IMG/VR virus record: IMGVR_UViG_3300046724_000355
Span: 1 to 61,057 of that record
Length of the DNA stretch: 61,057 nt
Reading direction: 5' to 3' (one strand)
Source of the DNA: a virus
Lineage: Duplodnaviria > Caudoviricetes
Both the position numbers and the translations under genes were made by a program. This document shows, in pieces, positions 9,429 through 21,409 of the stretch (the first letter of the stretch is position 1; each line of letters opens with the position of its first letter). The notes under the pieces were generated by a model, which did not search any database, was not told the DNA's origin, and saw only the letters and a list, made by a program, of their open reading frames with translations.

Positions 9429-9638
9429 GTGATGGCTGTCAGCAGGATCGACGCCTACCACCAGGCTCTCATCGATGAACAGAAGAATCGGCCGGCGGCA
9501 CGGTTGTTCGTGCCCGGCAGCAAAGCCGAGCCCGCCGAAAAGGTGGAGGAGGAGGCTGCCGAGGACGAGGTGGTCGCGAAAGTTGTTCGCAGCCCGCGTC
9601 GTAAGGCTCCCGCGACGTCCGAGGCCGAGACGAAGTGA
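9429..9638 (+). CDS. Hypothetical head-associated protein
   Basis: RBS, acidic/basic small protein after capsid gene. Confidence 0.7.
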   Translation: MMAVSRIDAYHQALIDEQKNRPAARLFVPGSKAEPAEKVEEEAAEDEVVAKVVRSPRRKAPATSEAETK

Positions 9639-10207
9639 CCGGTCCGCTCGTCGACGCCGGGACCGCGCTCGACCCGTACGAGTTCGCGTCCGCAGTGGTG
9701 CGTGACTACTGCAAGCAGGAGTTCACGTTCCAGGCTGGCGATGTCGTGCTGATCGATCCGCGACCCAACCGCACGGCGCAGCTGCCGGAGATGCCGGTGA
9801 CCGCCGTGACGCTGGTTGAGGCGTACATGCCCGACGGCAACGGGGTGTGGGGTTGGCAAACCCTGTCCCACCCCGGCCAATACGGGTGGAGCACGCGCGG
9901 ATTGGTGTGGGATGCCACGCAGGTACGACCGCCGATCGACCCGGGCCTGTCGCCGGCGTGGCCGATGTACACGTGGCCGTGGCTGCCGGAAACCTTGCGC
10001 GTCACCTACTCCCACGGGTTCGCCACCATCCCCGCAGATGTTCAGGCGATCACGCTGCGGCTGGCGGCGACCTACGCCGCGAATCCGACGTTCGTGCAAT
10101 CGAAGAAGGTCGGTGAGGTCGCGACGGTGTTCGGTGTCGGCGGTATCGCGATGCTGCGCCCGGAGGAACGCAAGATCCTCGACCGGTACGCGGTGCAGGA
10201 AGTCTGA
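9635..10207 (+). CDS. Head-to-tail adaptor
   Basis: RVTYSHGF..IPADV and ILDRY motifs; gene order. Confidence 0.85.
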   Translation: MTGPLVDAGTALDPYEFASAVVRDYCKQEFTFQAGDVVLIDPRPNRTAQLPEMPVTAVTLVEAYMPDGNGVWGWQTLSHPGQYGWSTRGLVWDATQVRPPIDPGLSPAWPMYTWPWLPETLRVTYSHGFATIPADVQAITLRLAATYAANPTFVQSKKVGEVATVFGVGGIAMLRPEERKILDRYAVQEV

Positions 10208-10575
10208 TGTCCTACCCGCTGCCGTCGGGACTCGGGAACGACACCGTCACAGTGTTGAAACGCGCCTATGGGACGACCCCCAACCGGCTCGGCGAGTTCC
10301 CGCTGATTTCGACGCCCACCGTCGTGACCGGCTGCTCGGTCCAACCGAACAGTGTCGATGAGGTCATCAGCGACAAGGACTTCACGCTCGCGATGTGGCT
10401 GGTATTCGCGCCGGTGACCCCGATCTTCACGGCGCTGACCGCGCTCGACGCGATCGAGATCGTCATCGACACGGTCCCAACCGTTTTCGAGGACTTCGGC
10501 GACCCCGTCCTGTGGACCGACCTCGCCGGAAACCCTGATCACTACCGCATCAAGCTTCGGAAAGCGAGGGGCTGA
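10207..10575 (+). CDS. Head-to-tail stopper
   Basis: GCSVQP motif; gene order. Confidence 0.8.
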   Translation: MSYPLPSGLGNDTVTVLKRAYGTTPNRLGEFPLISTPTVVTGCSVQPNSVDEVISDKDFTLAMWLVFAPVTPIFTALTALDAIEIVIDTVPTVFEDFGDPVLWTDLAGNPDHYRIKLRKARG

Positions 10576-10576
10576 C

Positions 10577-10963
10577 ATGGGCGCCACCGCACACATCGAC
10601 ATGGCCATGATCGAGAAGTACATCGCCACCGATTCGAAGATCTGGTTCCAGCTCATGGCGGCAGGTGAGAAGGCTGTCGAGTACTGGAAGTCCGAAGCCC
10701 CCACCGGCGAGGTCACCCACACCTTCAAGGGCCGCACCATTCGCCCCGGTGACTACAAGGCGTCGATCCGCGCGACCATGCTGCACACCAAGGACGGCCG
10801 CCGGTTCATTCGCGTGCGGCCGTACATCTTCACTGCCGGTTTCGTCGAGTACAACACGCGCGGAAAGTTCGGCAACGGTCATGCCCCGTGCGCCAAGACT
10901 CGCTCCTACATGCTCGGTCAGGCGGGGTTCTCCTCAGCGTCCGAGCCGGTGCGGTCCGCCTGA
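10577..10963 (+). CDS. Neck protein (HK97 gp10-like)
   Basis: APTG..GDYKASI and FVEY motifs; gene order. Confidence 0.7.
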   Translation: MGATAHIDMAMIEKYIATDSKIWFQLMAAGEKAVEYWKSEAPTGEVTHTFKGRTIRPGDYKASIRATMLHTKDGRRFIRVRPYIFTAGFVEYNTRGKFGNGHAPCAKTRSYMLGQAGFSSASEPVRSA

Positions 10964-11361
10964 TGTTCATTGACACAGAGGAGCTGGTGGTCGCGTACCT
11001 CCAGCCACTCAATCCTGGGGCTGTGGCGGTGGAGATGCCGCCGAACCCCCCTCTGCCGTTCGTCCTCATTTCGCGGGTCGCGGGTGCGGATGACCGAATA
11101 ACCGACCGCGGCATGGTCCAGGTCGAGGTTTATCACTCCAGCCGAGATGGTGCGAATGCTGTTGCGCGCCAAATGCATTACCGGATCCAGCAGTGGACCG
11201 CGAAAGTCGGTGTGACGCTCCCGTCCACTGGTCTTCCCGTCTTCATCGACCGGATCGAAACCGTCCAGGGCCCCCACTGGGAGCCGTACGAGGACGAAAA
11301 CCTCAGGCGCTACATCGCGCGCTACGAGGTCATTTCGCGCATCACCTCATCCACTCTCTAA
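10963..11361 (+). CDS. Tail terminator
   Basis: TGATG coupling; PFVLISRVAG..D and RYIARY motifs. Confidence 0.85.
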   Translation: MFIDTEELVVAYLQPLNPGAVAVEMPPNPPLPFVLISRVAGADDRITDRGMVQVEVYHSSRDGANAVARQMHYRIQQWTAKVGVTLPSTGLPVFIDRIETVQGPHWEPYEDENLRRYIARYEVISRITSSTL

Positions 11362-11374
11362 AGGAGCTAGCGCC

Positions 11375-12337
11375 GTGGCCTACGCAACTTGGGATCAAGT
11401 CACCGCGACGGACTCGTCGCGGATCCTGAAGGGTCAGTTCGGTCTCGTTCTCTTCCGTGATTACGGCGGAGTAGCGACCGAAACTGCCACCTACAACCCG
11501 TTCGACCCGACCAGCGGACACCTGTCGACGACCTTGCTCACCACCGACGGGTGGGTGGAGGCCGGGTTCCTCGACGAGAACGGCGTCCAGCATTCGCCGA
11601 AGCAGACCACCGTGGACGTGCAGGGCTGGCAGTCGCGTCAGATCCTGCGTTCGGACCTCACCCTCGACACCGAGGACTTCATGGTCACCCTCATCGAGGC
11701 GACCCAGCTCTCGGACGCCCTCTACTTCCAGACTCCTCTCTCGGCGATGCAGAACATGGGCGAGGAGGGCTACCAGGTCACCAAGCTCGTGACCCCGGTC
11801 CTGCTGCCGCGCCAGGCGCTGATCATCGGCGTCGACAACTCCTCGGGCAACAGCGAGTACTTCGCTCAGCTGTACCCGCTGGTCCGGATGGTCAAGGCCG
11901 ACAAGTACGACTGGAACAACAAGAACCCGATCAACACGGCTTTGAACTTCACCGCCTACGTCGACCCGCATTCCGGGTACTCGATGCGCCGCTTCCGTGA
12001 GGGGCCGGCCTGGCGTGCTGCGGGCGGCGTGACCGGCGTCCCGGGCACCCCCGTGGCGGCTGCGGTGACCGGCTCGAAGGCGACCCTGACGTTCACGCCC
12101 CCGACCTCGCTGAACACCCCCTTCACGTACACCGTGAAGCAGACCACCGGTTCGACCACCACCACGGTGGCGACCTCCAACGTCATCGTGACGTCTTCCT
12201 CGCCGACGTCGGTGGTGTTGACCGTGTCCGGCCTGACCACGTCGAGCGCGTACACGTTCACGGTGGCCGCGACCGGCGACAACGGTTCGACCTCCGCGTA
12301 CTCGGCGGCGTCGAACTCGATCACCGCGATCGCCTAA
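11375..12337 (+). CDS. Major tail protein with C-terminal fibronectin-III-like domain
   Basis: GFLDENG and VQGWQS motifs; C-terminal PGTP...LTVSGLT...YTFTVAATG..S pattern. Confidence 0.9.
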   Translation: MAYATWDQVTATDSSRILKGQFGLVLFRDYGGVATETATYNPFDPTSGHLSTTLLTTDGWVEAGFLDENGVQHSPKQTTVDVQGWQSRQILRSDLTLDTEDFMVTLIEATQLSDALYFQTPLSAMQNMGEEGYQVTKLVTPVLLPRQALIIGVDNSSGNSEYFAQLYPLVRMVKADKYDWNNKNPINTALNFTAYVDPHSGYSMRRFREGPAWRAAGGVTGVPGTPVAAAVTGSKATLTFTPPTSLNTPFTYTVKQTTGSTTTTVATSNVIVTSSSPTSVVLTVSGLTTSSAYTFTVAATGDNGSTSAYSAASNSITAIA

Positions 12338-12342
12338 CAGAC

Positions 12343-12380
12343 CCCGTCGCAGCGCTTCTTCGGCTGGACGCTGCGACGGG
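12343..12380 (+). terminator. Hairpin after major tail gene
   Basis: 12-bp stem CCCGTCGCAGCG / CGCTGCGACGGG. Confidence 0.6.
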
Positions 12381-12466
12381 CCTTCTCACAGCCGAACACC
12401 GCAGGCTCGGGCCGTCACCAAGGGAAGGGTGGCGGCCCGACTCTGTGACAGCCGAAGGGACTACAC

Positions 12467-12868
12467 ATGGCACCAAACCGCAAGATCCGACGCGAATTCA
12501 AGCTCGACGAATTCCGCGACCAGGCAGCCGACGCGTTGGGCATGATCCCGGGCATCGAAATCACGCTCAACGACGACACCGTCATCGCCATCCCGCATCC
12601 GATGTTCCTGTCCGACGACACGCAGATCGCTGTCGACCTGGTTCAGAATCGCGACGACGAGGACCGCGACGAGCACGGCAACCCCAGCGGAAAGATCGAC
12701 GGGGAGAAAGCGGTCCCCTTCACGATCCGTTTGGCGAAGGCGATCCTCGGCGACGAGGCGCATGAGCGGTTCATCGCCGCGGGCGGCTCGGCCAACGATG
12801 TCGCGTTGGCGTGGCAATACATGACCAAGGAAATGCAGCAGGACCAGGGCCCAAAACTCCCGAGGTAG
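12467..12868 (+). CDS. Tail assembly chaperone (gpG-like)
   Basis: IPHP motif; located before tape measure. Confidence 0.85.
   Translation: MAPNRKIRREFKLDEFRDQAADALGMIPGIEITLNDDTVIAIPHPMFLSDDTQIAVDLVQNRDDEDRDEHGNPSGKIDGEKAVPFTIRLAKAILGDEAHERFIAAGGSANDVALAWQYMTKEMQQDQGPKLPR
12850..12856 (+). other. Programmed -1 frameshift slippery site C CCA AAA
   Basis: X XXY YYZ heptamer in frame, a few codons before the chaperone stop; -1 frame open to 13323. Confidence 0.85.
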
Positions 12869-13323
12869 TCGACCTGCTGCGAATCTTCCCCACCGAGATC
12901 GAATCCGACCTCTCGCTCTACCACGATTTCGATATAGCCGACTGGTGGCGTGGCAAGAAATCGTCGCGGTGGGTGTGGGTGCGCGTCATGGGCCTACCCG
13001 ATGATTCCGAGACGAAAAAGGCTATGCGGGAAGGTGATTGGACCGAGCAGCAGTACCTGCTCGCCCGCCTGATCAACGAGCTCGCCTACTTCCGCGCCGA
13101 TCATGCCGCGGTGCACGCCAATCACAAGATGCGCATCGACCCGATCGAGTCGCCCGCGCAGCGTTCCCAGCGTGCTCAGGAAACCAAGGAGCGCCACCAG
13201 ATTCACAGCATGCTGCGCGCTCAACTGCGCGGCGAGTACAAGCCCCAAGCGCGTGACGTGGCGTTCGTCCACGAGGACCGCGCCCCCGAACTGACCCAGA
13301 ACGGAGGTCCTGCCGATGGCTGA
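12856..13323 (+). CDS. Tail assembly chaperone frameshift extension (gpGT-like)
   Basis: [10 protein letters not shown]...LPDDS...WT motifs; no convincing independent start. Confidence 0.8.
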   Translation, partial: TPEVVDLLRIFPTEIESDLSLYHDFDIADWWRGKKSSRWVWVRVMGLPDDSETKKAMREGDWTEQQYLLARLINELAYFRADHAAVHANHKMRIDPIESPAQRSQRAQETKERHQIHSMLRAQLRGEYKPQARDVAFVHEDRAPELTQNGGPADG

Positions 13324-16300
13324 AGGCGCTGGTGGCGGCATCTTCATGGACATCATGCCCCGGCTGGAGCAGTCCTCCCTGGGTACGGTGATCAATGATC
13401 TGACCTCGAAGATGTCGCAGCTCGGCAAGTCCTCGGGCGACGCCTTCGGCACGAACGTCACTTCGGCTTCGGCGAAGATGACTGCTTCTCTCGAACGCGA
13501 TATGCAGTCGGCTCAGCGGTCGGTCGAGAAGTCGATGGAAGGCATGATCACCGCCCAGAACCGGCAGGTTGTGGCATCGGGCAAAGTCGAAGCGGCGCAG
13601 GCCAGGCTGACCGAGACCCTCGGCAAGTACGAGGCAGGGTCGAGCAAGGCGATCAAGGCGCAAAACGATCTGACCGCCGCGCAGCAGGGTGCCGAATCGG
13701 CGGCACGTTCGATGCAGCGCGCTCTCAACGATCAGGCCGCCGCCACCACGGCACTCGGTGATGCGCAGGTCGCGCAGCAACGCCATTTGGACGAAGCGGC
13801 AGCATCGTCCACCGGGGTGATGAAGGCCTTCAACGCGGCGGGCGCGGCGATCACGGTCGGGTTTGTCGCGGCTATCGGTGTTTCGATCGACAAGGCCGCA
13901 GAGTTCCAGACCACACAAACCAGGCTGGTCACTTCTGCGGGCCAGGCAGCCGCAGGACTCAAGCAGGTTTCTGACGGCATCCTGCAAATGGCCGGGCAGG
14001 TAGGCGTTTCCGCACAGGATCTATCTACCGCCATGTACACGGTCTCCTCAGGCATGGTTCGCAGTGGCGACGCTGCGAAGGATGCCGCGGCGTCGCTCGA
14101 CATCCTGAAGGCGGCGTCCCAGGGCGCGAAAATGGAAGGCGCCGACGTCAAGACGGTGGCGGATGCCGTCACCACAGCGCTGCGCGACTATCACAAGCCT
14201 GCCAGCGACGCCGCGACTGTGACGTCTCAGTTGGTTACCGCAGTGGGGCTCGGCAAGACCACGATGGAGCAGTTCTCCGGTTCGCTAAGCGCCCTGACGC
14301 CGTTCGCTTCGGCGGCGGGAGTTTCTCTCGCGGATGCGACTGGTTCCCTGGCGGAATTGACCGCGCACGGAATTCCCGCGCAACAGGGTGCCGAAAACCT
14401 CGCGCACGCGATGGAAAACCTGATCAGCAGCACGAGTCCGGTGCGGGAGGAGTTGGCCCAACTTCATTTGACCACCGAAGACGTGCAGGCTTCAATGAAG
14501 GCGGCCGATCAGGGTGGCCGAGGCTATGCGGGCACGATTCAATGGCTGTCGCAAACAGTGTTGGACCAAATGGGTCCCAGTGGGAAGCTGCTGCTGAACT
14601 CCTTCAATTCTTCGAAGGATGCTGCGGCGAATCTTCAAATCGTGCTGGGCAAGTTGCCGCCGGACTTGAAGAATCTCGCAGAACAGCTCAATAGCGGCGC
14701 CATTTCGTCTACCGAATTCAGGAAGGAGTCGGGTGCCCTCGGCGGCAACATGAAAGATCTTGCTGCCGGGTTCCTCGCCACCTGGGACAAAGCGAACGGG
14801 TTCACCAATGCGATAAAAAACGGGTCGCCGCAGGCTCAGGACTATATGCAGGCGATGATCAAGCTGACCGGCACCCAGGATGCGCTGAAGACATCCCTGA
14901 TGCTGACCGGCGAAAACGTCAACGAAACAAACGACGGCATCAAAAAGATCGCAGACGCATCCGCGGACGCCAACGGAAATGTCGCGGGCTGGAACGAGAT
15001 CCAGGGCACCTTCAACCAACGGATGGGCGAGTTCAAGGCGTCTCTCGGTGCCACCGCGATTACGCTCGGCACCGACTTTCTTCCCGCCGCAACCAAGGTT
15101 GTCGGGGCTCTCGCAGACTTCGGTGGCTGGTTGTCACGCAACAAGGGATTCGCCGACGCGCTGGTCTACTCCCTTGGGGCGATCAGCGCCGCATGGCTTG
15201 CTTGGAAGGTAGCCAGCGCCACATTCGCGGTGGTCAAGGCGGGCATCGACGGTGTCGGGTTCGCGCTGAACGCGATCAAGGCAACGCCTGCTGCAGTAGG
15301 CAAAGCGTTCACGGCGATCAGCGACGGCGCATCCACCGCCTATCGGATGGTCGGCGACGCGTGGGCGTTCGTGCAACTGCGGGCTGAGGCGGCCAAGAAT
15401 TTCATCGCGACTACGGCGTCGGCCATCGCGGAGGGCGCGAAGACCGCGGCGGCGTGGGTGGCGAGCGCGGTGTCGTCTGCTGCGGGCTGGCTTGCGGCGC
15501 AGGCCAAAGCGGCGGTGGCGTTCGTTGCGACGACGGCCAGCGCGGTAGCGCAAGGCGCGGCCACAGCTGCCGCGTGGGTAGCGTCGCAGGCTTCGGCAGC
15601 CGCCGGCTGGGTCGCTGTGCAAGTAAAGGCGCTCGCGGCGTTCGTGGCGACTTCGGCGGGCGCGGTGGTCAATGCTGCGGTGGCGGCTGCTGCGTGGGTG
15701 GCGCAGAACGCTCGGGTTGTGGCGTCCTTCGTACTGGTCGAGGGCGCGGCTATCGCGGCGGGTATCGCACAGAAGGGCATGGCTGCCGCGACATGGCTGC
15801 TGAACGCGGCCATGGATGCCAACCCGATCGGGTTGATCATCATCGCGATCGTCGCCCTGGTTGCGGGCATCATCTACTGCTGGACGCATTTCAAGACGTT
15901 CCGTGACGTGGTGGAAGCCGTGTGGGCGTCCGTGAAACAGGAGTTCGATATCGCCTGGGCGGTCATCAAGAAGGTCTTCGCCGACGTGATGGCCATCGTC
16001 AAGGATGTCTGGGACTTCATCCAGAACTACTTCGGGTTCATCAGCGACCTGATCCACGGAAACTTCTCCGGGGCATGGCAGCACATCAAGAACATGGTCG
16101 GCGACGTCGTGGATGCGGTAAAGCACTACATCGACATCTTCGCGTCCACCTTCAAGGGCCTCTACGACGTCACGATCAAGCCGATCGCCGACGCCGTCGG
16201 CTCCGCTCTTTCCGGAATGAAATCCGGATTCAAGGACATGGTCGACTGGCTGGAAACCCAGTGGAACCGGATTGTCGGAATCGTCGGGCCACCGATCAAG

Positions 16301-18790
16301 TTCATCGTGGACGGCGTATACAACAACGCCATTGTTCCGCTGTGGAATGGTATTGCGAGCATCTTCGGTCTCGGCAAACTCGACAAGGTCGACGCCAGCT
16401 TCAAGGGCGGCGGGGGCGGTGACGCTGGCGCTAGCGGGGCCGCGCCTAGTGGTGCAGGCGCGGAGGCCACGGGCGCATTCGCGGGCGGCGGCGTCTGGTC
16501 CGGTCCCGGCGTACTGCCCGGCTACTCGCCCGGCAAAGACTCGGTCAACGCGCGTCTCAGCCCCGGCGAGGGCGTGGCTGTGCCGGAGTTGGTGCAGGCG
16601 ATCGGCCCGTCGAACTTCATGGCCCTCAACCATGCGTACTCCGGTGGCCGCAAGCCGGGCGCCGGCCCAGGATTCGACGCGGGCGGTGTCTTCGGGTCGA
16701 TCGGCAACGCGATCGTCAACGTCGACAAGTCCATCATCGGTGGCGCGGTCGACACCGCCAAGTTCATCGCGAAGCTGATGCAGGACCCGGAAGGCGCTGT
16801 CCGGGGCCTCTTCTCGAACGCCAAGGACAAGCTCGGCAGCCTGCCGGGGCAGACATCGCAGTGGCTCGCGGCGGCTGAGGCGATCCCGGTGAAGTTCATC
16901 GATTCGGTGGTGCAAAAGGCCATCGATTGGGCGAAGCACTCGCTCGGGCTCGGCGGCGGCAACGAAGCCTGGGTGAGCGGCGCGGGCGCGGAACAGTGGG
17001 CGCCGACCATCGTGCAAGCGCTCGCCGCCGAAGGGTTCCCGACCAGCGCGGACTACGTCTCGGCCACCGAGGGCCAGATCATGACGGAGTCGGGTGGCAA
17101 CCCGAACATTGTGCAAGGCATCCAGGACGTCAACAGCGGCGGGAACGAAGCCCGCGGCCTGGTGCAGGTCACTCCCGGCACGGCCGCCAGCCTCGGACTG
17201 GCGGAGCTGGGTGGCAACATTTACGACCCGTTGACCAATTTGCGACTTGGTTTGCGCTGGCTGAAAACCAAGTACGGCGGCGATCTGTTGTCGGTGTGGG
17301 GGCACGGGCATGGCTACGAGGGCGGTGGCATCGTCGGCTACGCCGGTGGTGGCGTGGCCGCGGACCGGACCGCGATCGACCGCGCCCTGTCCTGGGCGCG
17401 CAGCGAAGAAGGCGGCGCCTACAACAAAGACGGCTGGCTCGACTGCTCCGGTATGGCATCCGGCGTCTTCAACTCCCTCGAAGACAAAACCCCCGCACGC
17501 GCCTTCACCACCATGAGCGACTTCTCGGCACTCGGGTTCAAATCGGGCACCGGCGGCATCTTCGAAATCGGCGTGAACCCGAAACCGGGGCAAGAAGGCC
17601 ATATGGCGGCCACGCTGGACGGACACAATATCGAGTCCGGTGGCAGCCACGACAATATCGCCGTCGATGGTGCCGCGGCCGGTGCGATGGACAGCCAGTT
17701 CAGCGACCACTGGTATCTGCCCGGCTCGCTGTTCTCCCCGCAGTACACCGGCGCTGGTGCTACGCCGGGTGCGACGTCGAAGACGGCCGACAAGCTGTCG
17801 GCCGACGCGCAGAAGTGGTCGACGAAAGCCGAGAAGGCGAAGACCAACGAGCAGAAGGCCAACGACGCCGCCACCAAGCATGACCAGTCCGCCACCTCCT
17901 ACGAGCAGAAGGCGACCGACGCTGATGCGCTGGCCGCCAAGACGTCCGGCACCGCCAAGGCCAAGCACGAGCAGGCCGCCGCGCATTATCGAGAGCTGGC
18001 GCAGAAGTCGAAGGATGCGGCGCAGAAGTCCCGCGACAGTGCCGCCAAATATCAGCAGGCCGCCCAGGACGATCAGGCCAAAGCCGACGCTGCCCAATCC
18101 GACTACAACAGCAACAAGTCCAACACCGGCGGCACCAACACCGACGGCGGCACGAAAGCCACGACAACGACGACCGGCGACAACGGCGTGGTCAAGCCGA
18201 TGTCGTTGCACGACTTCGGGTCACGGCTGGGCGGTATCGCCGCGGACGCGTTCACCGAAACCCTCGGGATCAGCAACACGGTGTTCGCCGACCCCAACAA
18301 GAGTGCGTTCGTGAAGATCGGGTCCGCGCTGCTGAACGCGAAGTGGGGCCAGACCGACCAGAACAACACCAACGGCAACAACACCGGTGGTGGCACCACA
18401 ACCACCGTCGGCGGCGACACAGTCCAGCCCGCCACGGACACCGGGGGAGGTGACACCAGCGATGACAGCGACTACACCGACAGCTATCCCTCTGATGGCA
18501 TCGACACCCCAGATGCGGGTGACGGCACCACTCCCGAGGCCTCCGTGTATGACGACGGCGGATGGTTGCAGCCCGGCAAGCTCGCCATCAACCTCGGCAA
18601 GAAACCTGAACCGGTGCTGTCACCGCGTGACAGCGAAGCCTTCGCAGCACTGGCCAAGGGCGCGGGCGCAGGCTCCCCGAAGGCGTATGTGGTGATCGAA
18701 AACCAGCACGTCAACGGCGGCGACGGCCGCCAAGTCGGCCGCGACATCTACCGCGAGATGCTCGCCTACCAGGGGGCCGGCAGCCGATGA
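13316..18790 (+). CDS. Tape measure protein with lytic transglycosylase and NlpC/P60-like domains
   Basis: 1824 aa, Ala-rich helical, periodic Trp/Phe, ANPIGLII; [19 protein letters not shown]; DCSG..GHMA. Confidence 0.95.
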   Translation: MAEGAGGGIFMDIMPRLEQSSLGTVINDLTSKMSQLGKSSGDAFGTNVTSASAKMTASLERDMQSAQRSVEKSMEGMITAQNRQVVASGKVEAAQARLTETLGKYEAGSSKAIKAQNDLTAAQQGAESAARSMQRALNDQAAATTALGDAQVAQQRHLDEAAASSTGVMKAFNAAGAAITVGFVAAIGVSIDKAAEFQTTQTRLVTSAGQAAAGLKQVSDGILQMAGQVGVSAQDLSTAMYTVSSGMVRSGDAAKDAAASLDILKAASQGAKMEGADVKTVADAVTTALRDYHKPASDAATVTSQLVTAVGLGKTTMEQFSGSLSALTPFASAAGVSLADATGSLAELTAHGIPAQQGAENLAHAMENLISSTSPVREELAQLHLTTEDVQASMKAADQGGRGYAGTIQWLSQTVLDQMGPSGKLLLNSFNSSKDAAANLQIVLGKLPPDLKNLAEQLNSGAISSTEFRKESGALGGNMKDLAAGFLATWDKANGFTNAIKNGSPQAQDYMQAMIKLTGTQDALKTSLMLTGENVNETNDGIKKIADASADANGNVAGWNEIQGTFNQRMGEFKASLGATAITLGTDFLPAATKVVGALADFGGWLSRNKGFADALVYSLGAISAAWLAWKVASATFAVVKAGIDGVGFALNAIKATPAAVGKAFTAISDGASTAYRMVGDAWAFVQLRAEAAKNFIATTASAIAEGAKTAAAWVASAVSSAAGWLAAQAKAAVAFVATTASAVAQGAATAAAWVASQASAAAGWVAVQVKALAAFVATSAGAVVNAAVAAAAWVAQNARVVASFVLVEGAAIAAGIAQKGMAAATWLLNAAMDANPIGLIIIAIVALVAGIIYCWTHFKTFRDVVEAVWASVKQEFDIAWAVIKKVFADVMAIVKDVWDFIQNYFGFISDLIHGNFSGAWQHIKNMVGDVVDAVKHYIDIFASTFKGLYDVTIKPIADAVGSALSGMKSGFKDMVDWLETQWNRIVGIVGPPIKFIVDGVYNNAIVPLWNGIASIFGLGKLDKVDASFKGGGGGDAGASGAAPSGAGAEATGAFAGGGVWSGPGVLPGYSPGKDSVNARLSPGEGVAVPELVQAIGPSNFMALNHAYSGGRKPGAGPGFDAGGVFGSIGNAIVNVDKSIIGGAVDTAKFIAKLMQDPEGAVRGLFSNAKDKLGSLPGQTSQWLAAAEAIPVKFIDSVVQKAIDWAKHSLGLGGGNEAWVSGAGAEQWAPTIVQALAAEGFPTSADYVSATEGQIMTESGGNPNIVQGIQDVNSGGNEARGLVQVTPGTAASLGLAELGGNIYDPLTNLRLGLRWLKTKYGGDLLSVWGHGHGYEGGGIVGYAGGGVAADRTAIDRALSWARSEEGGAYNKDGWLDCSGMASGVFNSLEDKTPARAFTTMSDFSALGFKSGTGGIFEIGVNPKPGQEGHMAATLDGHNIESGGSHDNIAVDGAAAGAMDSQFSDHWYLPGSLFSPQYTGAGATPGATSKTADKLSADAQKWSTKAEKAKTNEQKANDAATKHDQSATSYEQKATDADALAAKTSGTAKAKHEQAAAHYRELAQKSKDAAQKSRDSAAKYQQAAQDDQAKADAAQSDYNSNKSNTGGTNTDGGTKATTTTTGDNGVVKPMSLHDFGSRLGGIAADAFTETLGISNTVFADPNKSAFVKIGSALLNAKWGQTDQNNTNGNNTGGGTTTTVGGDTVQPATDTGGGDTSDDSDYTDSYPSDGIDTPDAGDGTTPEASVYDDGGWLQPGKLAINLGKKPEPVLSPRDSEAFAALAKGAGAGSPKAYVVIENQHVNGGDGRQVGRDIYREMLAYQGAGSR

Positions 18791-19743
18791 CCTCGATTCC
18801 GTACACGCCGACGAGCCCGCCGCGGCTGCTGGAAACCATGCGGCTACTCACCGCCGACGAATCGATCGTGACGTGGATCGGGCCCGACCGGTCACGCCAT
18901 CCCATCTCGGGAGGGCTTGCTCCGCATCCCGGTGTCGATGAGGGTGTCATCGTCAGGGACGTCAAGGGGTTGATGGCGCCGTTCAAGCACCTCGACCAGC
19001 AGAGCGCCCGACAGGACGGTGTCGACTGGAAAGATACGGTGTGGGAGCCCGCTGAAATCGACTTCACCGTGACGGTTTTCGGTCAGTCGCCCAACGGGTT
19101 CCGGCGCGCACAAAAGGCGTGGTTCGATTCGTGGGATCCGAAGCTGCAGGGCCGCATGGTGTGGTTCTCGCGGCTGTCGGGGGAGCGGTGGACGGATCTG
19201 CGCCTGCTGAAGGAGCCGTCCGACCAGCTCAAGAACACACCTGCCATGATCGGCAGCCAGGACTACACGTGGTCGGCGCGCGCGGATCACCCGTTCTGGA
19301 CGGGCGCGGATTCCACGTCGAAGCTGGTGGCCTCGAACTCGACCACCCTCGGTCTCGTCGGCGGCGGCGCGAACAACTTCCTGCCGCTGTGGAACAGGGG
19401 CGATCAGGACTCGTGGCCGCGATTCCTCGTGGTCGGGCCGGGCACTTTCACCATCGGTGACGGAACCACCACAGCGAAGGTGATTTTCGGGCCGCTCACC
19501 GCCGGGCAGCAGGTACTCATCACCACGCTGCCGCGGATCCGCAGCATCATCGAGCTCACCACCAGCACGAATCTGTTCCCGCTGCTGCACGGCCGATTCG
19601 GCAACCCGATCCCCGCGACGGTGGATTCGCGGATCCCGGTGTCGCAGCGCACCATCCACATCCCCGTGACGGTCACCGGCGCCACGACCGGCGTCACCTC
19701 GATCACCGGTTCCTGCACCCCGTACTGGAAGTGGCCCGAGTAG
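18787..19743 (+). CDS. Minor tail protein (distal tail, Dit-like)
   Basis: Directly after tape measure; [11 protein letters not shown] motif. Confidence 0.85.
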   Translation: MTSIPYTPTSPPRLLETMRLLTADESIVTWIGPDRSRHPISGGLAPHPGVDEGVIVRDVKGLMAPFKHLDQQSARQDGVDWKDTVWEPAEIDFTVTVFGQSPNGFRRAQKAWFDSWDPKLQGRMVWFSRLSGERWTDLRLLKEPSDQLKNTPAMIGSQDYTWSARADHPFWTGADSTSKLVASNSTTLGLVGGGANNFLPLWNRGDQDSWPRFLVVGPGTFTIGDGTTTAKVIFGPLTAGQQVLITTLPRIRSIIELTTSTNLFPLLHGRFGNPIPATVDSRIPVSQRTIHIPVTVTGATTGVTSITGSCTPYWKWPE

Positions 19744-21372
19744 ATGGCCTTCGATGTGAACAGCCTGGATCCGCGAGTCGCGTTCCAGGCCGCTGACGCA
19801 TTGGTCGCGCAGGACAAGGCGATCGACCAAATCACGCATCCGCAATTCGCGGTCCGCATGTACGACCGGGACTACAACCCGCTCGGCGACATCACCGACT
19901 ACATCTCCTGTACGGCCACATGGAAGCGCAACGCGGCCGGCACGGCGACGATCGTTCTCAAAGGCGATGACCCGCTGGTCGAATCGGCGATGCTATGCGC
20001 GGAAACGGTCGTCGGGATCACCATCACGGTGAACGAGTTGCGGTGGTCCGGGCGAGTGGACACCTGCTCCGACGACCTGACTGATGGCGTGAATACCGTT
20101 ACGCTGCAGTGCATTTCGGACTGGAATTGGTTTAACAAGATATTGTGCTGGCCGTCGCCGCTCCTCCCCCTGGAGGTCCAGTGGCCAAAACGCTTCATCC
20201 TGGTCGGACCAGCGATTTCCGTGATCGAGGGCTTGATCACGATCAACGCGATCCGGCTGCAGCTCGGCCTCTGGGAGATCATCAACAACATCTTGGATCC
20301 CGCCGCGTGGTTCGCGACGGAGCTGACGAAAACCGGCCTGCTGACACCGATCGCGGTGGTCCCCTCGGACCTCCTCACGGACACATCCAAGTGGGTCGCG
20401 ATCTCCGCCCGCATGGACACCGTCGCCACCATCTCCACCCAGATCTGCAAAGACAACGGCCTGCAGCTGTCCGCGGACCTGTGGCTTCCGGGCGAACCCC
20501 AACCCACCACCGCCTATACCCTGACTGCGCCGACAATCGTTGTGCGCGTACAGGACAAGAGCGGCGTCACCGGCCCGACCGGAACGATTTTGGATGGCTT
20601 GATCGAGGACGTCGTCGACATCGTGGACGGCGCGTTCGGTGAGGTCGTCAACCCGCTCAACGGCTCGTCCGTGCTGCCGCCGGGCGTGGAGATCTCGCCT
20701 GCGTTCGGCGTGAACTGGACGCCGCCCTGGCCCGTCTACTACACCGACAACCCGCGCTCCGGCGTCAAGGAATGCCACGTCGTCGGCCATCACCCTTTGG
20801 CTCATACGGTCGTCGGTGGCGGCAAGTCGCCCGACTGGGTCAACAAGCTCATCGACCTGTTGTTGGAGCTGGTGCTCTCGGAGATCCTCTCCGCCCTCGG
20901 CGCTTCCGGCATCTCCTCGACGCTGCTCGATGGCGTGTTCGACGACGTGATCCTGGCGTTTCAGGAGTTCGAGAACGCCCCCCGCCGAGCAAGGCTGGGT
21001 ACGTACGCGTACCCGGAATTCTTTACATCCACAGGTAGTACTGCGTGGACGCTAGAGGAATTTTTCGCCTTGGAGATAGCGATGTGGGACACCCGCGGCT
21101 ATTACGCCTCCCAGATCGTCACCTACGACGGGGTGCCGTACACGTTCGGCAAGGACTTCGGCATCGGCGACCTGGTCAGCTGGGTACGGCGAGGCCGGAT
21201 GTACACCGATTACGTCGATGAGGCCACGGTCCTCGACGACCGGGGCAATCGCGTGCAGCTGACCGCGAAGATCGGTGACCTGTCGGCGCAGGAGTCGCCG
21301 TGGGCGCGGATTCAACGCCGCATCGCCTCCTTCGAAACGGCGATGCAGGTCGCCTTGCTCAGCTCCAACTGA
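19744..21372 (+). CDS. Minor tail protein (baseplate hub, Gp37-like)
   Basis: GGKSPDWVN and PYTFGKDFGIGD motifs of actinophage hub proteins. Confidence 0.85.
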   Translation: MAFDVNSLDPRVAFQAADALVAQDKAIDQITHPQFAVRMYDRDYNPLGDITDYISCTATWKRNAAGTATIVLKGDDPLVESAMLCAETVVGITITVNELRWSGRVDTCSDDLTDGVNTVTLQCISDWNWFNKILCWPSPLLPLEVQWPKRFILVGPAISVIEGLITINAIRLQLGLWEIINNILDPAAWFATELTKTGLLTPIAVVPSDLLTDTSKWVAISARMDTVATISTQICKDNGLQLSADLWLPGEPQPTTAYTLTAPTIVVRVQDKSGVTGPTGTILDGLIEDVVDIVDGAFGEVVNPLNGSSVLPPGVEISPAFGVNWTPPWPVYYTDNPRSGVKECHVVGHHPLAHTVVGGGKSPDWVNKLIDLLLELVLSEILSALGASGISSTLLDGVFDDVILAFQEFENAPRRARLGTYAYPEFFTSTGSTAWTLEEFFALEIAMWDTRGYYASQIVTYDGVPYTFGKDFGIGDLVSWVRRGRMYTDYVDEATVLDDRGNRVQLTAKIGDLSAQESPWARIQRRIASFETAMQVALLSSN

Positions 21373-21409
21373 GACACGTCGTCTCCCAACACGTTTCAAG
21401 GGGTGATCC

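Noticed and set aside
7881-9461. 526-aa minus-strand ORF; similarly 4517..6007, 6055..7512 and 51467..52909
   Set aside because: Antisense shadows of portal, protease, capsid and integrase caused by high-GC codon bias; no motifs
15134-18211. 1025-aa minus-strand ORF
   Set aside because: Shadow of the tape measure gene; no RBS or domain signal
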